This document shows, in pieces, positions 36,544 to 45,819 of a stretch of DNA of 64,000 nt; the stretch's first letter is position 1; the number at the start of each line of letters is the position of its first letter. Under the pieces are notes generated by a model that did not search any database, was not told where the DNA came from, and saw only the letters and a program-made list of their open reading frames with translations. The DNA is from Chloroflexota bacterium. GTDB taxonomy: Bacteria; Chloroflexota; UBA11872; VXOZ01. The stretch covers positions 2,077,418-2,141,417 of the forward strand of contig OZ244775.1 of assembly GCA_965219505.1 (NCBI GenBank). Reading direction: 5' to 3'. Both the position numbers and the translations under genes were made by a program.

Positions 36544-38733
36544 CTAAGCGGTTGGCGTATGCTCCAGCCACTTATCCAGGAACGGAAAGGATTCCTTGGC
36601 GTAGATTTCGTGCCTGCCTTCAAACACGCCCAATACACAGCGATCGCCTAGACCAAGCTGAGCGTAGTGGGTGTGAAGACGCGCAAATTCCACCTCCGCT
36701 TCCTTGTAGTACACCGCTCGATCTTGCGTTCCCTGCTCGATGAAGAGCGGGCGGGGGCAGATGAGCGAGCCCAGATCGGCGTCGGAAAACTCCAAGAGTT
36801 GGCCCGGGTAGTACTGATGGTATTCATCCGTCGTGAAGTACGCGCGGTAGTGCTCGGACGCCACATTGAGCTTGCGGGTGCGCTCGTTGAAGAAAGCAGA
36901 TACGACCGCCACTTTTATGCGGGGTTCCAACGGCGTCAGCCAGAGAGTCATGGTACCGCCTTGCGAGAGTCCATAGAAGCCTATCCGCTCGGGATCGACT
37001 TCCGGCAACGTCTGCAGATAGTCAATCACCTTTATTTCGCGCCAGATCTCCAGACCCATCAACCGTCTGCCAACAACGATGGCCTTGTTATGTAAACGTA
37101 CGCGCCGGGGCGTACCGTTGATGCAGTGGGGAGCAAAAACCACGTAGCCCCGCTCCACAAGACGCCGGCCGTAGCGGTGGTACGCATCGTCCTGCTCCAG
37201 AAGTCCGGCGACTGCTTGCACAGCCCCGCCAAGACCGTGCTGAGTCACGACGGCCGCCCGGGGCGACGCAATTCCCTTGGGCACCAATAAGTAGCCAAAG
37301 AGCCGCACGCCGGGCAGCATGCCGAGCGTAACGGCATAGACCGTATGGTCGGGGCGCTCCGCTACCACATGGCGGGACGGATTGAGCGGTACCTGCTCGT
37401 GCTCCGGCGGCAAGCCCCCCATCATGGCAAGCCACGCCTCGCGGTTAGGCGCTACGGACTGTGCATAGGCGTCAATACTGGCGTAGTCGCGCCGCCAGCG
37501 CGCGGCGCGTTCGTCGTATGCCTGCTCAGCCAGACCGTCCAAGTGCCGATCGTGCTGGCCGTTCGTATCGTCGCGCATCGACTGAATCGCGTCCTGATCG
37601 ACGAACACAGGCGGCGGTGGCGTGGTCTCCTCACTCTTGGCGGCGGTATTCCGATTCGGTGGGAGACCGTCGTTCAGCCAGCGATCGAGAAACGCGAAAG
37701 ACTCCACACCGTGGATCTCATGAGGGCCGTCAAACTCTCCCCACTCACAGCGCTCTCCTATTCCTAAGCGCTCGTAGATATCTTTCAGCGGGAAGAATTC
37801 CTCGCGCGCACTCTCGATGTAATACGAGCTGTCACCCTGTCCGTGTTCGATCATTACCGGGCGCGGACAGATGAGCGACGCCAGATCGTAGTCGGAGAAT
37901 TCGGTGAGGAAGTCAGGCTCAAAGTACGATTGTTCCCTCGTGTTAATGAACGGGCGGTAGTGTGGTGAGGCTACCAGTTGCTTCTTGGTGCGCTCGTTAT
38001 AGAAAGCCGAAATGATGGTAACGCGGATCCGGGGTTCCAGCGGTGGGAACCAGAGCGCCATCTTGCCGCCCTGGGATAGGCCGTAGAAACCAATCCGCTC
38101 GCTATCCACCTCGGGCAGCGTTTCCAACAGGTCCACCGCCCGCATCTCCCGCCATATCTCCAAGCCCATTAGGGTGCGACCGACGAGCAGCGCCTTATTG
38201 TGCAGGAGATTGCGCCATTCGACAAAGTTGATGCAATGCGGGGCCAGCACAACGTACCCGCGTTCCGCCAACCGCTGTCCGAACTTATGATAGGCGTCAT
38301 CCTCTTCCACCAGGCCCGCAATGGAATGCGGTGTGCCGCCCATGCCGTGCTGGCAAATCACAGCCGGCCTCGCGGCCTCGATGCGCTTCGGCACCAACAG
38401 GTGGGCAAACGAGCGGATGCCGGGCAGTGTCCCAAACGTTACCGCATAGACGGTATGATCGGCACGCTCCGCCACCACGTGGAGGTCCGGTTCAAGTGGC
38501 ACACGCTCCTCCGCCGCCGGCCAAATGCCGAGCACGTCGCGCCAATGGTCACGGTTCAGCGCAACGGACTGTGAGTAGGCCCGAACGCTCGAATAGTCGC
38601 TGTCCCACTTGGCGCGGCGCCAGTCGTATGCCTGAGTGGCAAGGGAATCGAGGTATCGCTCCAGTTGCGCCGCCTGGTCCCAGCGCACAAACTCAACCGC
38701 ATTCGGCGACGCCATATCAGCTTCTTCAGACAC
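36544..38733 (-). CDS. Tandem-duplicated alpha/beta-hydrolase (two complete esterase-like modules in one 729-aa chain)
   Basis: The halves at about aa 10-365 and 385-729 align end to end. Both carry ERIGFYGLSQGG (GxSxG), LICPRP, an acidic residue (GQGDSS / GTQDRA) and a His (GPHEIHG / GRHEIYA). Confidence 0.85.
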   Translation of the reverse strand: MSEEADMASPNAVEFVRWDQAAQLERYLDSLATQAYDWRRAKWDSDYSSVRAYSQSVALNRDHWRDVLGIWPAAEERVPLEPDLHVVAERADHTVYAVTFGTLPGIRSFAHLLVPKRIEAARPAVICQHGMGGTPHSIAGLVEEDDAYHKFGQRLAERGYVVLAPHCINFVEWRNLLHNKALLVGRTLMGLEIWREMRAVDLLETLPEVDSERIGFYGLSQGGKMALWFPPLEPRIRVTIISAFYNERTKKQLVASPHYRPFINTREQSYFEPDFLTEFSDYDLASLICPRPVMIEHGQGDSSYYIESAREEFFPLKDIYERLGIGERCEWGEFDGPHEIHGVESFAFLDRWLNDGLPPNRNTAAKSEETTPPPPVFVDQDAIQSMRDDTNGQHDRHLDGLAEQAYDERAARWRRDYASIDAYAQSVAPNREAWLAMMGGLPPEHEQVPLNPSRHVVAERPDHTVYAVTLGMLPGVRLFGYLLVPKGIASPRAAVVTQHGLGGAVQAVAGLLEQDDAYHRYGRRLVERGYVVFAPHCINGTPRRVRLHNKAIVVGRRLMGLEIWREIKVIDYLQTLPEVDPERIGFYGLSQGGTMTLWLTPLEPRIKVAVVSAFFNERTRKLNVASEHYRAYFTTDEYHQYYPGQLLEFSDADLGSLICPRPLFIEQGTQDRAVYYKEAEVEFARLHTHYAQLGLGDRCVLGVFEGRHEIYAKESFPFLDKWLEHTPTA

Positions 38734-39058
38734 GGTTACGGCTCCTTGCTGTTGCTAGGCCATGCAGATTCAATGTCTACGGCTGAATTCCCTCACCACC
38801 TGCGCAATCTTGTCGGAAATGCCTCATCGAGAGCGTCGAAGAAAGGTCGTTGCTTGAAGGGAAAAAGCTAGCGCGCGGTTTGCAGTCCTTGGAAGACTTC
38901 TTGCCCTGCAATGAGAGGTCTGCCGTCTCACACTACCCAAGCCCTCCCAAGCGTGCCCAGAGGCAACGTATGTCTCGGTGCGGCCAGTACTCGGAGAGCG
39001 GCGGCAGGAATGTCCCACACCTGAATATCCACTTAGCGATGCATCGGTGCCGCAGGTT

Positions 39059-39505
39059 CTATTCTTCGCCCCCGGCGCCACGCAAGAAACGCTCGATCGC
39101 TTGGGCGGCAAGTTGATTTACCGTAACGCCGCGCCGTTTCGCTTCTTGCTCTAGCCGCTGCATCAGCCAAGCGTCTTCCAGGGTCAAATTGAGCGACCGC
39201 TCTGAGGAGGCAGTAGCCTGTGGAGCTAGCGGCGTATCCTGTAGCACAATCACTTGATCGGTAGCCTCAACCACATGCCCGCGGCGACTTTGCGTGAGCG
39301 AACGCCACTTCTCTTCGGTCAACGGTCGTCCCCACACCTGCTCGACTTGGGAGCGCGTGATTTCAAGTCTCTTGCCCTCAATCGTGAGCCACGGGCCATT
39401 CTGGTGCAGCACACCCCCCGTAACGTCCTTGAGCACGGAGGCAAGTTCGAGATTCGGCGCGCTCAATTGGATGGTGATACTCGCCATAACGATTACTCCC
39501 CGCAT
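39059..39505 (-). CDS. Hypothetical protein with C-terminal ribbon-helix-helix-like segment
   Basis: The C-terminus LNLTLEDAWLMQRLEQEAKRRGVTVNQLAAQAIERFL has a strand-helix-helix pattern. The N-terminal 100 aa are unassigned. Confidence 0.5.
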   Translation of the reverse strand: MRGVIVMASITIQLSAPNLELASVLKDVTGGVLHQNGPWLTIEGKRLEITRSQVEQVWGRPLTEEKWRSLTQSRRGHVVEATDQVIVLQDTPLAPQATASSERSLNLTLEDAWLMQRLEQEAKRRGVTVNQLAAQAIERFLRGAGGEE

Positions 39506-39682
39506 GAGGCGTACGTCAGTACCTTAACCCATTAGACCATACGCCCAATCCTGTAACAAGCACATTGTCTAGACTAATGACGCTTTTCCCATGGGAACCG
39601 TTCGCACTACCGAAGTAGCGGTGCCAAGTCCTTACTGCAATGAGGAGACCTTTGGGTAATTTCGGCCAGCTGCGCCAGACTT

Positions 39683-39722
39683 ACTCCCTCTCCCTGGGGA
39701 AAGGGCCGGGATGAGGGGAAAT
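39683..39722 (-). repeat. Hairpin repeat family R1, inverted copy
   Basis: The reverse complement, TTCCCCTCATCCCGGCCCTTTCCCCAGGGAGAGGGAG, matches 813-852. Confidence 0.75.
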
Positions 39723-40052
39723 CTCGTCAATAGAGTCCAATCCCGCTCGCTCGGTCGAGTTACACAAAGGTGTCCATGGAGTCACAGTCTAACTCTCCTT
39801 GACCTCTCGCCGTCGTGTCGGTTACGCTCAGTGCCGTAGCAAAGCGGCGAGGATTGTCTCTCTCCCGTCAACGAAAGGTGTCTCCTAACGCGGTACCTCC
39901 AAGGACTTCAGGCATACTTACTGCCCGCTTGCTTCCCACAAGGGACGTTTGCGACACTGCGCAACCACGCCGCAAGGAAATCAATACAAACAACGTGATC
40001 CAACTGTGACTCTCCCACGACACTGTGCAATAGTCGACGAAAGGATGAGCCC

Positions 40053-41189
40053 GTGCAAGATATCAACATTGCCCTGGTAGGACATCGCTTCATGGGCAAA
40101 GCGCACACCCATGCCTATCGAGACGTGAATCTCTTCTTTCCATCGGTGCCGTATCGGCCTCGCCTCAAAGTAATAGCGGGGCGCGACGCCGCGGCCGTTG
40201 AAGAAGCCGCGGGCTTACTGGGTTGGGAAGAGTCATCTACAAACTGGCAAGAGGCCGTCACGCGTGACGACATTGAGCTGGTAGACGTCGTTACTCCGAA
40301 CCACCTGCACGCTGACATCGCTATTGCCGCCGCGGAAGCGGGCAAGCAGGTTATTTGCGAAAAGCCGCTTGCCGTGACCGTCGGCGAAGCACGCTCTATG
40401 GTAGAAGCAGTCCGGAAAACCGGTGTGCGCAACACGATTTGCTTCCACTTTCGCCGCTATCCGGCGGTGCACTTGGCAAAGAAACTCATCGAAGATGGTG
40501 AGCTTGGCGACATCTACCACTTTCGCGGCTGGTTCTTAGCGGAGCGTTTCGCCGATCCCAACACGCCGCTCGGCTGGCGCATGCAGCAGGAATACGCAGG
40601 TTTTGGCGTATTCGGGGATCTCGGCTCTCACGTTCTTGACATTGCCCGGTTCTTGCTGGGCGATGTCCGCAGTGTCTGCGGAAACTTCGCCACCTACATT
40701 AAGGAGCGTCCCACACCGGAGGGCGGCAGCGGTGCCGTGACCGTTGACGACTGTGCGCAAGTCCTCATGCAATTCAGCAACGGAGCACAAGGCATCCTGG
40801 AAGTCACAAAACTCGCACGCGGCAACAAGAGCAACTTCGGCTTCGAGGTCAACGGGAGTAAAGGTTCGATACGCTTCTACTTCGAACGCATGAACGAGTT
40901 GCAGTACTACGCCGGTGATGATCCGGGACCGCTAACTGGATTTCGCACCATCCACGCCTCCGACTCTGTACAGCACGACTACATGCACGGCTATTGGCCC
41001 TCCGCCGGCCATAGCATCGGGTACGGTGAAGCATTCATCCACATCGTCAAAGACTTCCTGGAAGCTCTTCACAGCGGCGAGCCCATGAGTCCCGACTTCG
41101 TCGACGGCTTGCGCGTGCAGGAGATCATGGAAGCAGTCGGTTCATCGGTGCGCGACCGGGGTTGGGTAGACGTGGAAACATCTGCGTAA
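40053..41189 (+). CDS. Gfo/Idh/MocA-family oxidoreductase
   Basis: INIALVGHRFMGKAH Rossmann fold and the VICEKPLA motif. GTG start. Confidence 0.85.
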   Translation: MQDINIALVGHRFMGKAHTHAYRDVNLFFPSVPYRPRLKVIAGRDAAAVEEAAGLLGWEESSTNWQEAVTRDDIELVDVVTPNHLHADIAIAAAEAGKQVICEKPLAVTVGEARSMVEAVRKTGVRNTICFHFRRYPAVHLAKKLIEDGELGDIYHFRGWFLAERFADPNTPLGWRMQQEYAGFGVFGDLGSHVLDIARFLLGDVRSVCGNFATYIKERPTPEGGSGAVTVDDCAQVLMQFSNGAQGILEVTKLARGNKSNFGFEVNGSKGSIRFYFERMNELQYYAGDDPGPLTGFRTIHASDSVQHDYMHGYWPSAGHSIGYGEAFIHIVKDFLEALHSGEPMSPDFVDGLRVQEIMEAVGSSVRDRGWVDVETSA

Positions 41190-41235
41190 CGGCATTGATT
41201 GAGATTCAACCTATATCTGGCTCGCCTAGTACATA

Positions 41236-41266
41236 CCTGCCCTTCGACAGACTTAGGGCGAACGGG
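41236..41266 (-). repeat. Repeat family R2 (SLSKG/ELVEG-type, core GTCGAAGGG), inverted copy
   Basis: The reverse complement, CCCGTTCGCCCTAAGTCTGTCGAAGGGCAGG, would read PFALSLSKGR. Confidence 0.75.
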
Positions 41267-41324
41267 TGAGTAGAGCACGCTTCGTTTGTTGACAATTTAT
41301 TGGTAGGAACTCATTGATAAGGAT

Positions 41325-41367
41325 CCGTTCGCGCTGGGCTTGCCTGTCCTGAGCTCGACGAAGGGTC
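41325..41367 (+). repeat. Repeat family R2 copy
   Basis: CCGTTCGCGCTGGGCTTGCCTGTCCTGAGCTCGACGAAGGGTC. Together with 41236-41266 it forms an inverted pair 58 nt apart. Confidence 0.75.
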
Positions 41368-41542
41368 AAAGCACAAATCGTTACGTCGAGCGAGATAATA
41401 GGAGAGTTTCTAAGGACTGTGGGACAAGCCCAAGTGCAGTGTTGCAGCGCACGTACCGGGCTTCTCCTGGCGCATCGTCAATGAACCGGCATGGTACCCT
41501 GATAACGAAACCATAGGTACGCACTCTCGAAAGGCGGAGTCA

Positions 41543-42391
41543 ATGTACAGTAAGTCCTACAACGGCACGAACAAAAAAGTTTTTTGGCAGGAGATGTGGC
41601 GTCACGAACTCTATGAGGCGCTGAAACATGACCCTGTTGTCATCATCCCCGTGGGGTCAATCGAGCAGCATGGTCCCCATAGCCCGACCGACATCGACAT
41701 CAGCATCCCGTACCACCTCGCCGCGGAAGCAGCGACCCGCACCGAAGACTACCCGATTATCGTAGCGCCGCCGGTATGGACGGGCTTCACGCACTTCAAC
41801 ATGGGACACATAGGCACAATTACAGTTACCCTCGAGACGTACATTGCTGTGCTTTCGGACGTCTGCCGCAGCATCAAGGCGAACGGCTTCGAGCGGATGA
41901 TCTTGCTCAACGGCCACGGCGGCAACGTGGCTCCCACGCAAGCAATCTCCGTAAAACTCGCGCAAGAAGATGTCTGGGCGCTGCACATTTCCTACTTCCA
42001 CATGGTGGATGATGAATTGAGGGAGTGGGGCGACAGCGACGATAGCATCGGCCACGGCGGTGAGTGGGAGACCTCGCTGCAATTGCACTTGCGTGGGCAC
42101 CTCATCGACCTGGACCGCCGCGCGCCCAACGGCCTCGCACCGTGGTTCCGCGACCCTGTGGTTGGCAAGTTCGCCAAGTGGCCGGAACGCCGCCGCGAAG
42201 CCGACGAGGGCGTGATGGGCGATCCCTTTGTGGCCAGTGCCGAGAAAGGCGAGCGCATTTTCAACCTGGCCGTCGAACGCCTCATCTTGGCCTGCGACGA
42301 ACTGCATAACTACCCGGTGCGTGGCTACTTCGACCGTGGCAGTGACGCTACCCTGGGCCCGCTCTCGCCTGACGCCACGCCGCCGCGGTAA
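41543..42391 (+). CDS. Creatininase-family amidohydrolase
   Basis: Contains IIPVGSIEQHGPHSPTDID and ILLNGHGGN. Confidence 0.85.
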   Translation: MYSKSYNGTNKKVFWQEMWRHELYEALKHDPVVIIPVGSIEQHGPHSPTDIDISIPYHLAAEAATRTEDYPIIVAPPVWTGFTHFNMGHIGTITVTLETYIAVLSDVCRSIKANGFERMILLNGHGGNVAPTQAISVKLAQEDVWALHISYFHMVDDELREWGDSDDSIGHGGEWETSLQLHLRGHLIDLDRRAPNGLAPWFRDPVVGKFAKWPERRREADEGVMGDPFVASAEKGERIFNLAVERLILACDELHNYPVRGYFDRGSDATLGPLSPDATPPR

Positions 42392-42501
42392 ATGAACTTC
42401 GACATATAAGAAACAAACATAGAACACGGCGCGACAAAGGGCGCTGGCTAAAGTAGCCCAGCAGGCACGAATCGTGGCTCCTCCTGTCCGTTCTTGCCTA
42501 T

Positions 42502-42554
42502 TTCGTTCGCCCCCGTATCGAGTACGGGGCAAGCTCTGAGCTTGTCGAAGGGTG
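42502..42554 (+). repeat. Repeat family R2 copy with internal 7-bp hairpin
   Basis: TTCGTTCGCCCCCGTATCGAGTACGGGGCAAGCTCTGAGCTTGTCGAAGGGTG. The 16-mer GAGCTTGTCGAAGGGT is shared with 43904-43919. Confidence 0.8.
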
Positions 42555-42591
42555 AATCTACATGAAAAGACATAGAAACTAGCCGAATGCA

Positions 42592-43809
42592 ATGAGAAAG
42601 GAATGGCATACAGTGGGTGACTTCTACCAAGAACTCGGCGTAAAACGCGTGATCAATGCCGCCGGTACCCTAACGCGGCTCGGCGGTACGCCTATGGATG
42701 ACGACGTGCTCGACGCCATGCGCGAAGCGGCGCAGTGGAGCGTGCGCATGGAGGAGCTGCAGGAAGCGGCGGGGAATTACCTGGCCTCGGTCACCGGGGC
42801 TGAAGCCGGATACGTCACGGCCGGCGCGGCCGCGGGCCTGTTGGTCGGTACCGCCGCCTGCCTCGCCGGACTTGACATTCACAAGATGCACCTCTTGCCC
42901 GATACCGACACCATGCCCAACGAGGTAATTATCCAACGCATCCACCGCAATGCCTACGATCATGCGCTGCGCACCGCAGGGGCTAAATTTATAGAGGTCG
43001 GCCACATCGGCCACCCGACCGGCGGCTACACCGAGCCTTGGCACATCGAAACGGCCATCAACGAACGCACGGTCGCCGTCCATTGGGTAGCCATGCCCGT
43101 GGCGGACGCCGTGAGCTTGGAAGATACCGTTGCCGTTGCGCACAAGCACAACGTGCCCGTCATCGTGGACGCAGCCGGCGGCTTGCCGCCCGCCGAAAAC
43201 CTGCAAGGCTTAATCGCTACCGGAGCCGACCTCGTCTCCTTCTCCGGCGGCAAGGCAATTCAAGGCCCCCAGGCCTCCGGCATCTTGGTGGGTCGTAGCG
43301 ACCTCATCCAATCGGTTGCGCTGCAGCATCAGGATATGGACGTGATGGTGGAAACGTGGACGCTGCGGGAACAACTGCTTGGCAGCGGCCGCCTGCTCGG
43401 CCCGCCGCTCCAGGGCATCGGCCGCCCGATGAAAGTGGGTAAAGAGGAGATCGCGGGCCTGTTGGCAGCAGTCAAGAATTATGTCAACCGCGATCATGCC
43501 GCCGCGCGAGCAGAATGGCTCCGCCGCCTCGACTCCATCGCAGCCGATCTCGACGACGCCCCCGGTGTCGCTACCGAGGTGGTTGGACGCGACAGCGCTT
43601 CTTATCCCACCCTGCGCGTCTCGCTGGACGAGGCCGTGCACGGCGTTTCGGCCATCGACTTGGTAAACCGTTTGTTTGACGACGATCCGGCCATCGCTGT
43701 CAGTCAATATGGTTCCCAGGAAGGCAGCGTCACCATCAACCCGCTTAACCTGGACAGCGACAAACCGCAACTCGTCGCGGCCCGCATCCGGGCCATCGTC
43801 ACGCCATAG
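42592..43809 (+). CDS. SelA-family PLP enzyme, DgaE-like (aminosugar-acid ammonia-lyase/dehydratase candidate)
   Basis: Contains VINAAGTLTRLGG and the PLP-lysine motif SFSGGKAIQGPQASGILVG. At 405 aa it lacks the long SelA N-terminal domain. Confidence 0.75.
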   Translation: MRKEWHTVGDFYQELGVKRVINAAGTLTRLGGTPMDDDVLDAMREAAQWSVRMEELQEAAGNYLASVTGAEAGYVTAGAAAGLLVGTAACLAGLDIHKMHLLPDTDTMPNEVIIQRIHRNAYDHALRTAGAKFIEVGHIGHPTGGYTEPWHIETAINERTVAVHWVAMPVADAVSLEDTVAVAHKHNVPVIVDAAGGLPPAENLQGLIATGADLVSFSGGKAIQGPQASGILVGRSDLIQSVALQHQDMDVMVETWTLREQLLGSGRLLGPPLQGIGRPMKVGKEEIAGLLAAVKNYVNRDHAAARAEWLRRLDSIAADLDDAPGVATEVVGRDSASYPTLRVSLDEAVHGVSAIDLVNRLFDDDPAIAVSQYGSQEGSVTINPLNLDSDKPQLVAARIRAIVTP

Positions 43810-43877
43810 GTTTCCAAAGAAGTGGTATCTTCACACTGCCCAGTCTTGAAAGTCCACCTCTAAGCACTCTCGAAAGT

Positions 43878-43925
43878 CCATTCGTGGTGAGCCTGCCTGC
43901 CCCGAGCTTGTCGAAGGGTCGAACC
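43878..43925 (+). repeat. Repeat family R2 copy
   Basis: CCATTCGTGGTGAGCCTGCCTGCCCCGAGCTTGTCGAAGGGTCGAACC. It occupies the 5' part of the ORF-track ORF 43884-44651. Confidence 0.8.
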
Positions 43926-43991
43926 ATGAACGGACGTACTCTCGTTCCTTATTGTTGGAGAATTAGGCAAACGCTGTGGGGGTCTCCAACC

Positions 43992-44651
43992 ATGCGACTC
44001 CGTGACTTTGGCGCAGAAGGCCAACGGTTTGCCGGTGTAGTTGGCCTGCGCCAGAACAAACTGCTTTTCACGCTGCCTGATCCAAGCTACGCGCAGGAGG
44101 CAGAGAATGGCGTGCAAGTGCTCCCCCTTTGGGGAGTCGGCGGCATGTGCGCAGCGGGCGAGTCGTGGCAGGACGCCGCTCGACGCCACGGCGAAGCCGA
44201 GACGGATTGTGCCGTCACGCTCTTCTCCAGCCGCGAGACTTACTATCTTAACATCAAGAGCGATGTGTATGCGGTAGATATGGATAACATGCCGGCGCCC
44301 GCCCTGCTGTACGCCGCAGCGTACCGACCCCCGGACAACCCGTACGGCGACCTGCAAACCGTCTACGGCGTGGATTACTTCGCCCACGTGCGCGGCACGC
44401 CTCGGCCTGGAGAAGGCGCTGCCGCGCTCATCGCTCTCGGTCAACCCTTGCTCGTGGCAGCCGCCCAGCAGGCGCTCTCATTAGAAGACCTGCTGCAAGC
44501 AGGCGCCGAACTCTTTGCCAATCCGGACTATCCCCCGCTCGACCATTCCTTCACCATCGCGCCGCTGGGCACGCCGCACTTCATGCTGCAGGTGCTCGAT
44601 GCCGGCCACTGGTGGCAAACGCTCGCCTTAGCCGACCTGCCAATGCTCTAG
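43992..44651 (+). CDS. Hypothetical protein with degenerate Nudix-like box
   Basis: GGMCAAGESWQDAARRHGEAETD fits Gx5Ex7R, but the REUxEE glutamates are mostly lost. The start was moved from 43884 to ATG 43992 because the upstream part is repeat R2; ATG 43926 is also possible. Confidence 0.55.
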   Translation: MRLRDFGAEGQRFAGVVGLRQNKLLFTLPDPSYAQEAENGVQVLPLWGVGGMCAAGESWQDAARRHGEAETDCAVTLFSSRETYYLNIKSDVYAVDMDNMPAPALLYAAAYRPPDNPYGDLQTVYGVDYFAHVRGTPRPGEGAAALIALGQPLLVAAAQQALSLEDLLQAGAELFANPDYPPLDHSFTIAPLGTPHFMLQVLDAGHWWQTLALADLPML

Positions 44652-44676
44652 GCGCTGTGCCCAAGTCTCCCTGCAT

Positions 44677-45612
44677 TCACCCAACCCAAGCTGCAAGGGC
44701 CGCCTCGACCTCGCTCTTCTGCGGCAGGCTGGCGATCGCACCTCTGCCGCGCACCTTGAGGCCGGCCATGACGACGCCGAGCCGGGCAGCTTCCAACGGC
44801 GGCATTCCCCGCACCAACCCGTGTAGAAATGCGCCGTCGAAAGCATCGCCCGCGCCGGTGGTATCGACTACTTCCGGCACCACGAATGCAGGAACCGTCT
44901 GGGACGTGCCGCCTGTGCTCACAAGTACACCGGCTTCGCCCTGCTTCACCGCGACGGTGTCTACGCCTTTGCTATGAAGGAACTCTGCCGTCTCCCGCGC
45001 GGATGAATAGCCGAATAGCTGCTCTGATTCCTCCGGGCCGCTCGGTAGGGCAATGTCCACGTAGGGCAGAAGCTCTTCAGCCGCTGCCCGCGCCGCCGCC
45101 GCCGACCAGAGGGCCGGACGCAGGTTGGGATCAAACGAGACCCGCACACCGGCGTCGTTCGCCATATGCGCCGCAGCCAGCGCCGTAGCCCGCGCCGAAT
45201 CGGAGATTGCCTGAGCTATACCGCTAATGTGCAGAATCTTTGCCTGGGCGACGTATGCGGGATCCAAGTCCTCAGGTGTCATGGTGCTCGGCGCGCTGCC
45301 GGCCCGGTAGTAGGTAAACTCTCGTTCACCGTGGCCGTAGATGGAGATAAAGTAGATGCCGTTTCGACCCTCCACCCGCTTCACATGAGTCGTATCGATA
45401 CCCAAAGACTCCCAGCCATTTAGCAGAAATGGTTGAAAAGGATCGTTGCCGACCCGCGAGAGAAAGCCGCAAGAGCTTCCCAAACGAGACGCCGCCGCAA
45501 GGAGATTGAGCGCGTCGCCAGCGAAAGCTTTCTGCAGTTTTTCTGCTTCCGCAAGCGGCTCTTCGGCAAAGAACTCCACCATGCATTCGCCAAGTGAAAG
45601 AATGTCAGGCAT
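44677..45612 (-). CDS. kdgK: PfkB-family sugar kinase, probable 2-dehydro-3-deoxygluconokinase
   Basis: PfkB signature DTTGAGDAFDGAFLHG. It is co-oriented downstream of eda. Confidence 0.75.
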   Translation of the reverse strand: MPDILSLGECMVEFFAEEPLAEAEKLQKAFAGDALNLLAAASRLGSSCGFLSRVGNDPFQPFLLNGWESLGIDTTHVKRVEGRNGIYFISIYGHGEREFTYYRAGSAPSTMTPEDLDPAYVAQAKILHISGIAQAISDSARATALAAAHMANDAGVRVSFDPNLRPALWSAAAARAAAEELLPYVDIALPSGPEESEQLFGYSSARETAEFLHSKGVDTVAVKQGEAGVLVSTGGTSQTVPAFVVPEVVDTTGAGDAFDGAFLHGLVRGMPPLEAARLGVVMAGLKVRGRGAIASLPQKSEVEAALAAWVG

Positions 45613-45819
45613 GCTGTTCCTCTAAGCGTGCTAATTCTTACTAAAGGCAGACTCAACCACTCCAAACCTCGACAAAGGGCAATTGTACGCTCTCCCGTGG
45701 GAGCGGGCCATCTCCGTCTTTCCACCCAATCTCAGCAATATGCGTATTCGCGCGCGGCCTGTACCGAGTATGGCGTGTGGGTGACATGCAGCAATTTCTT
45801 TCCTCTGGACAATCGTAAA

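Noticed and set aside
41289-41318. A TTGACA hexamer between the two inverted R2 copies, considered as a promoter for the creatininase-family gene.
   Set aside because: No acceptable -10 (TAnnnT) lies at 16-19 nt spacing; the candidates are CATTGA, ATTGAT and TTGATA.
41657-42592. A 311-aa minus-strand ORF covering the creatininase-family gene and the following spacer.
   Set aside because: The plus-strand product has the exact creatininase motifs (EQHGPH, LNGHGGN). The minus ORF's N-terminus (TLRQAQSLP...) is read from repeat R2, a known source of false ORFs.
42592-43809. A genuine selenocysteine synthase (SelA) and hence a selenoprotein system.
   Set aside because: At 405 aa it lacks the long SelA N-terminal domain. 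No selB, selD or tRNA-Sec is nearby. The context (kdgK, eda, oxidoreductase) fits the DgaE-like metabolic branch better.
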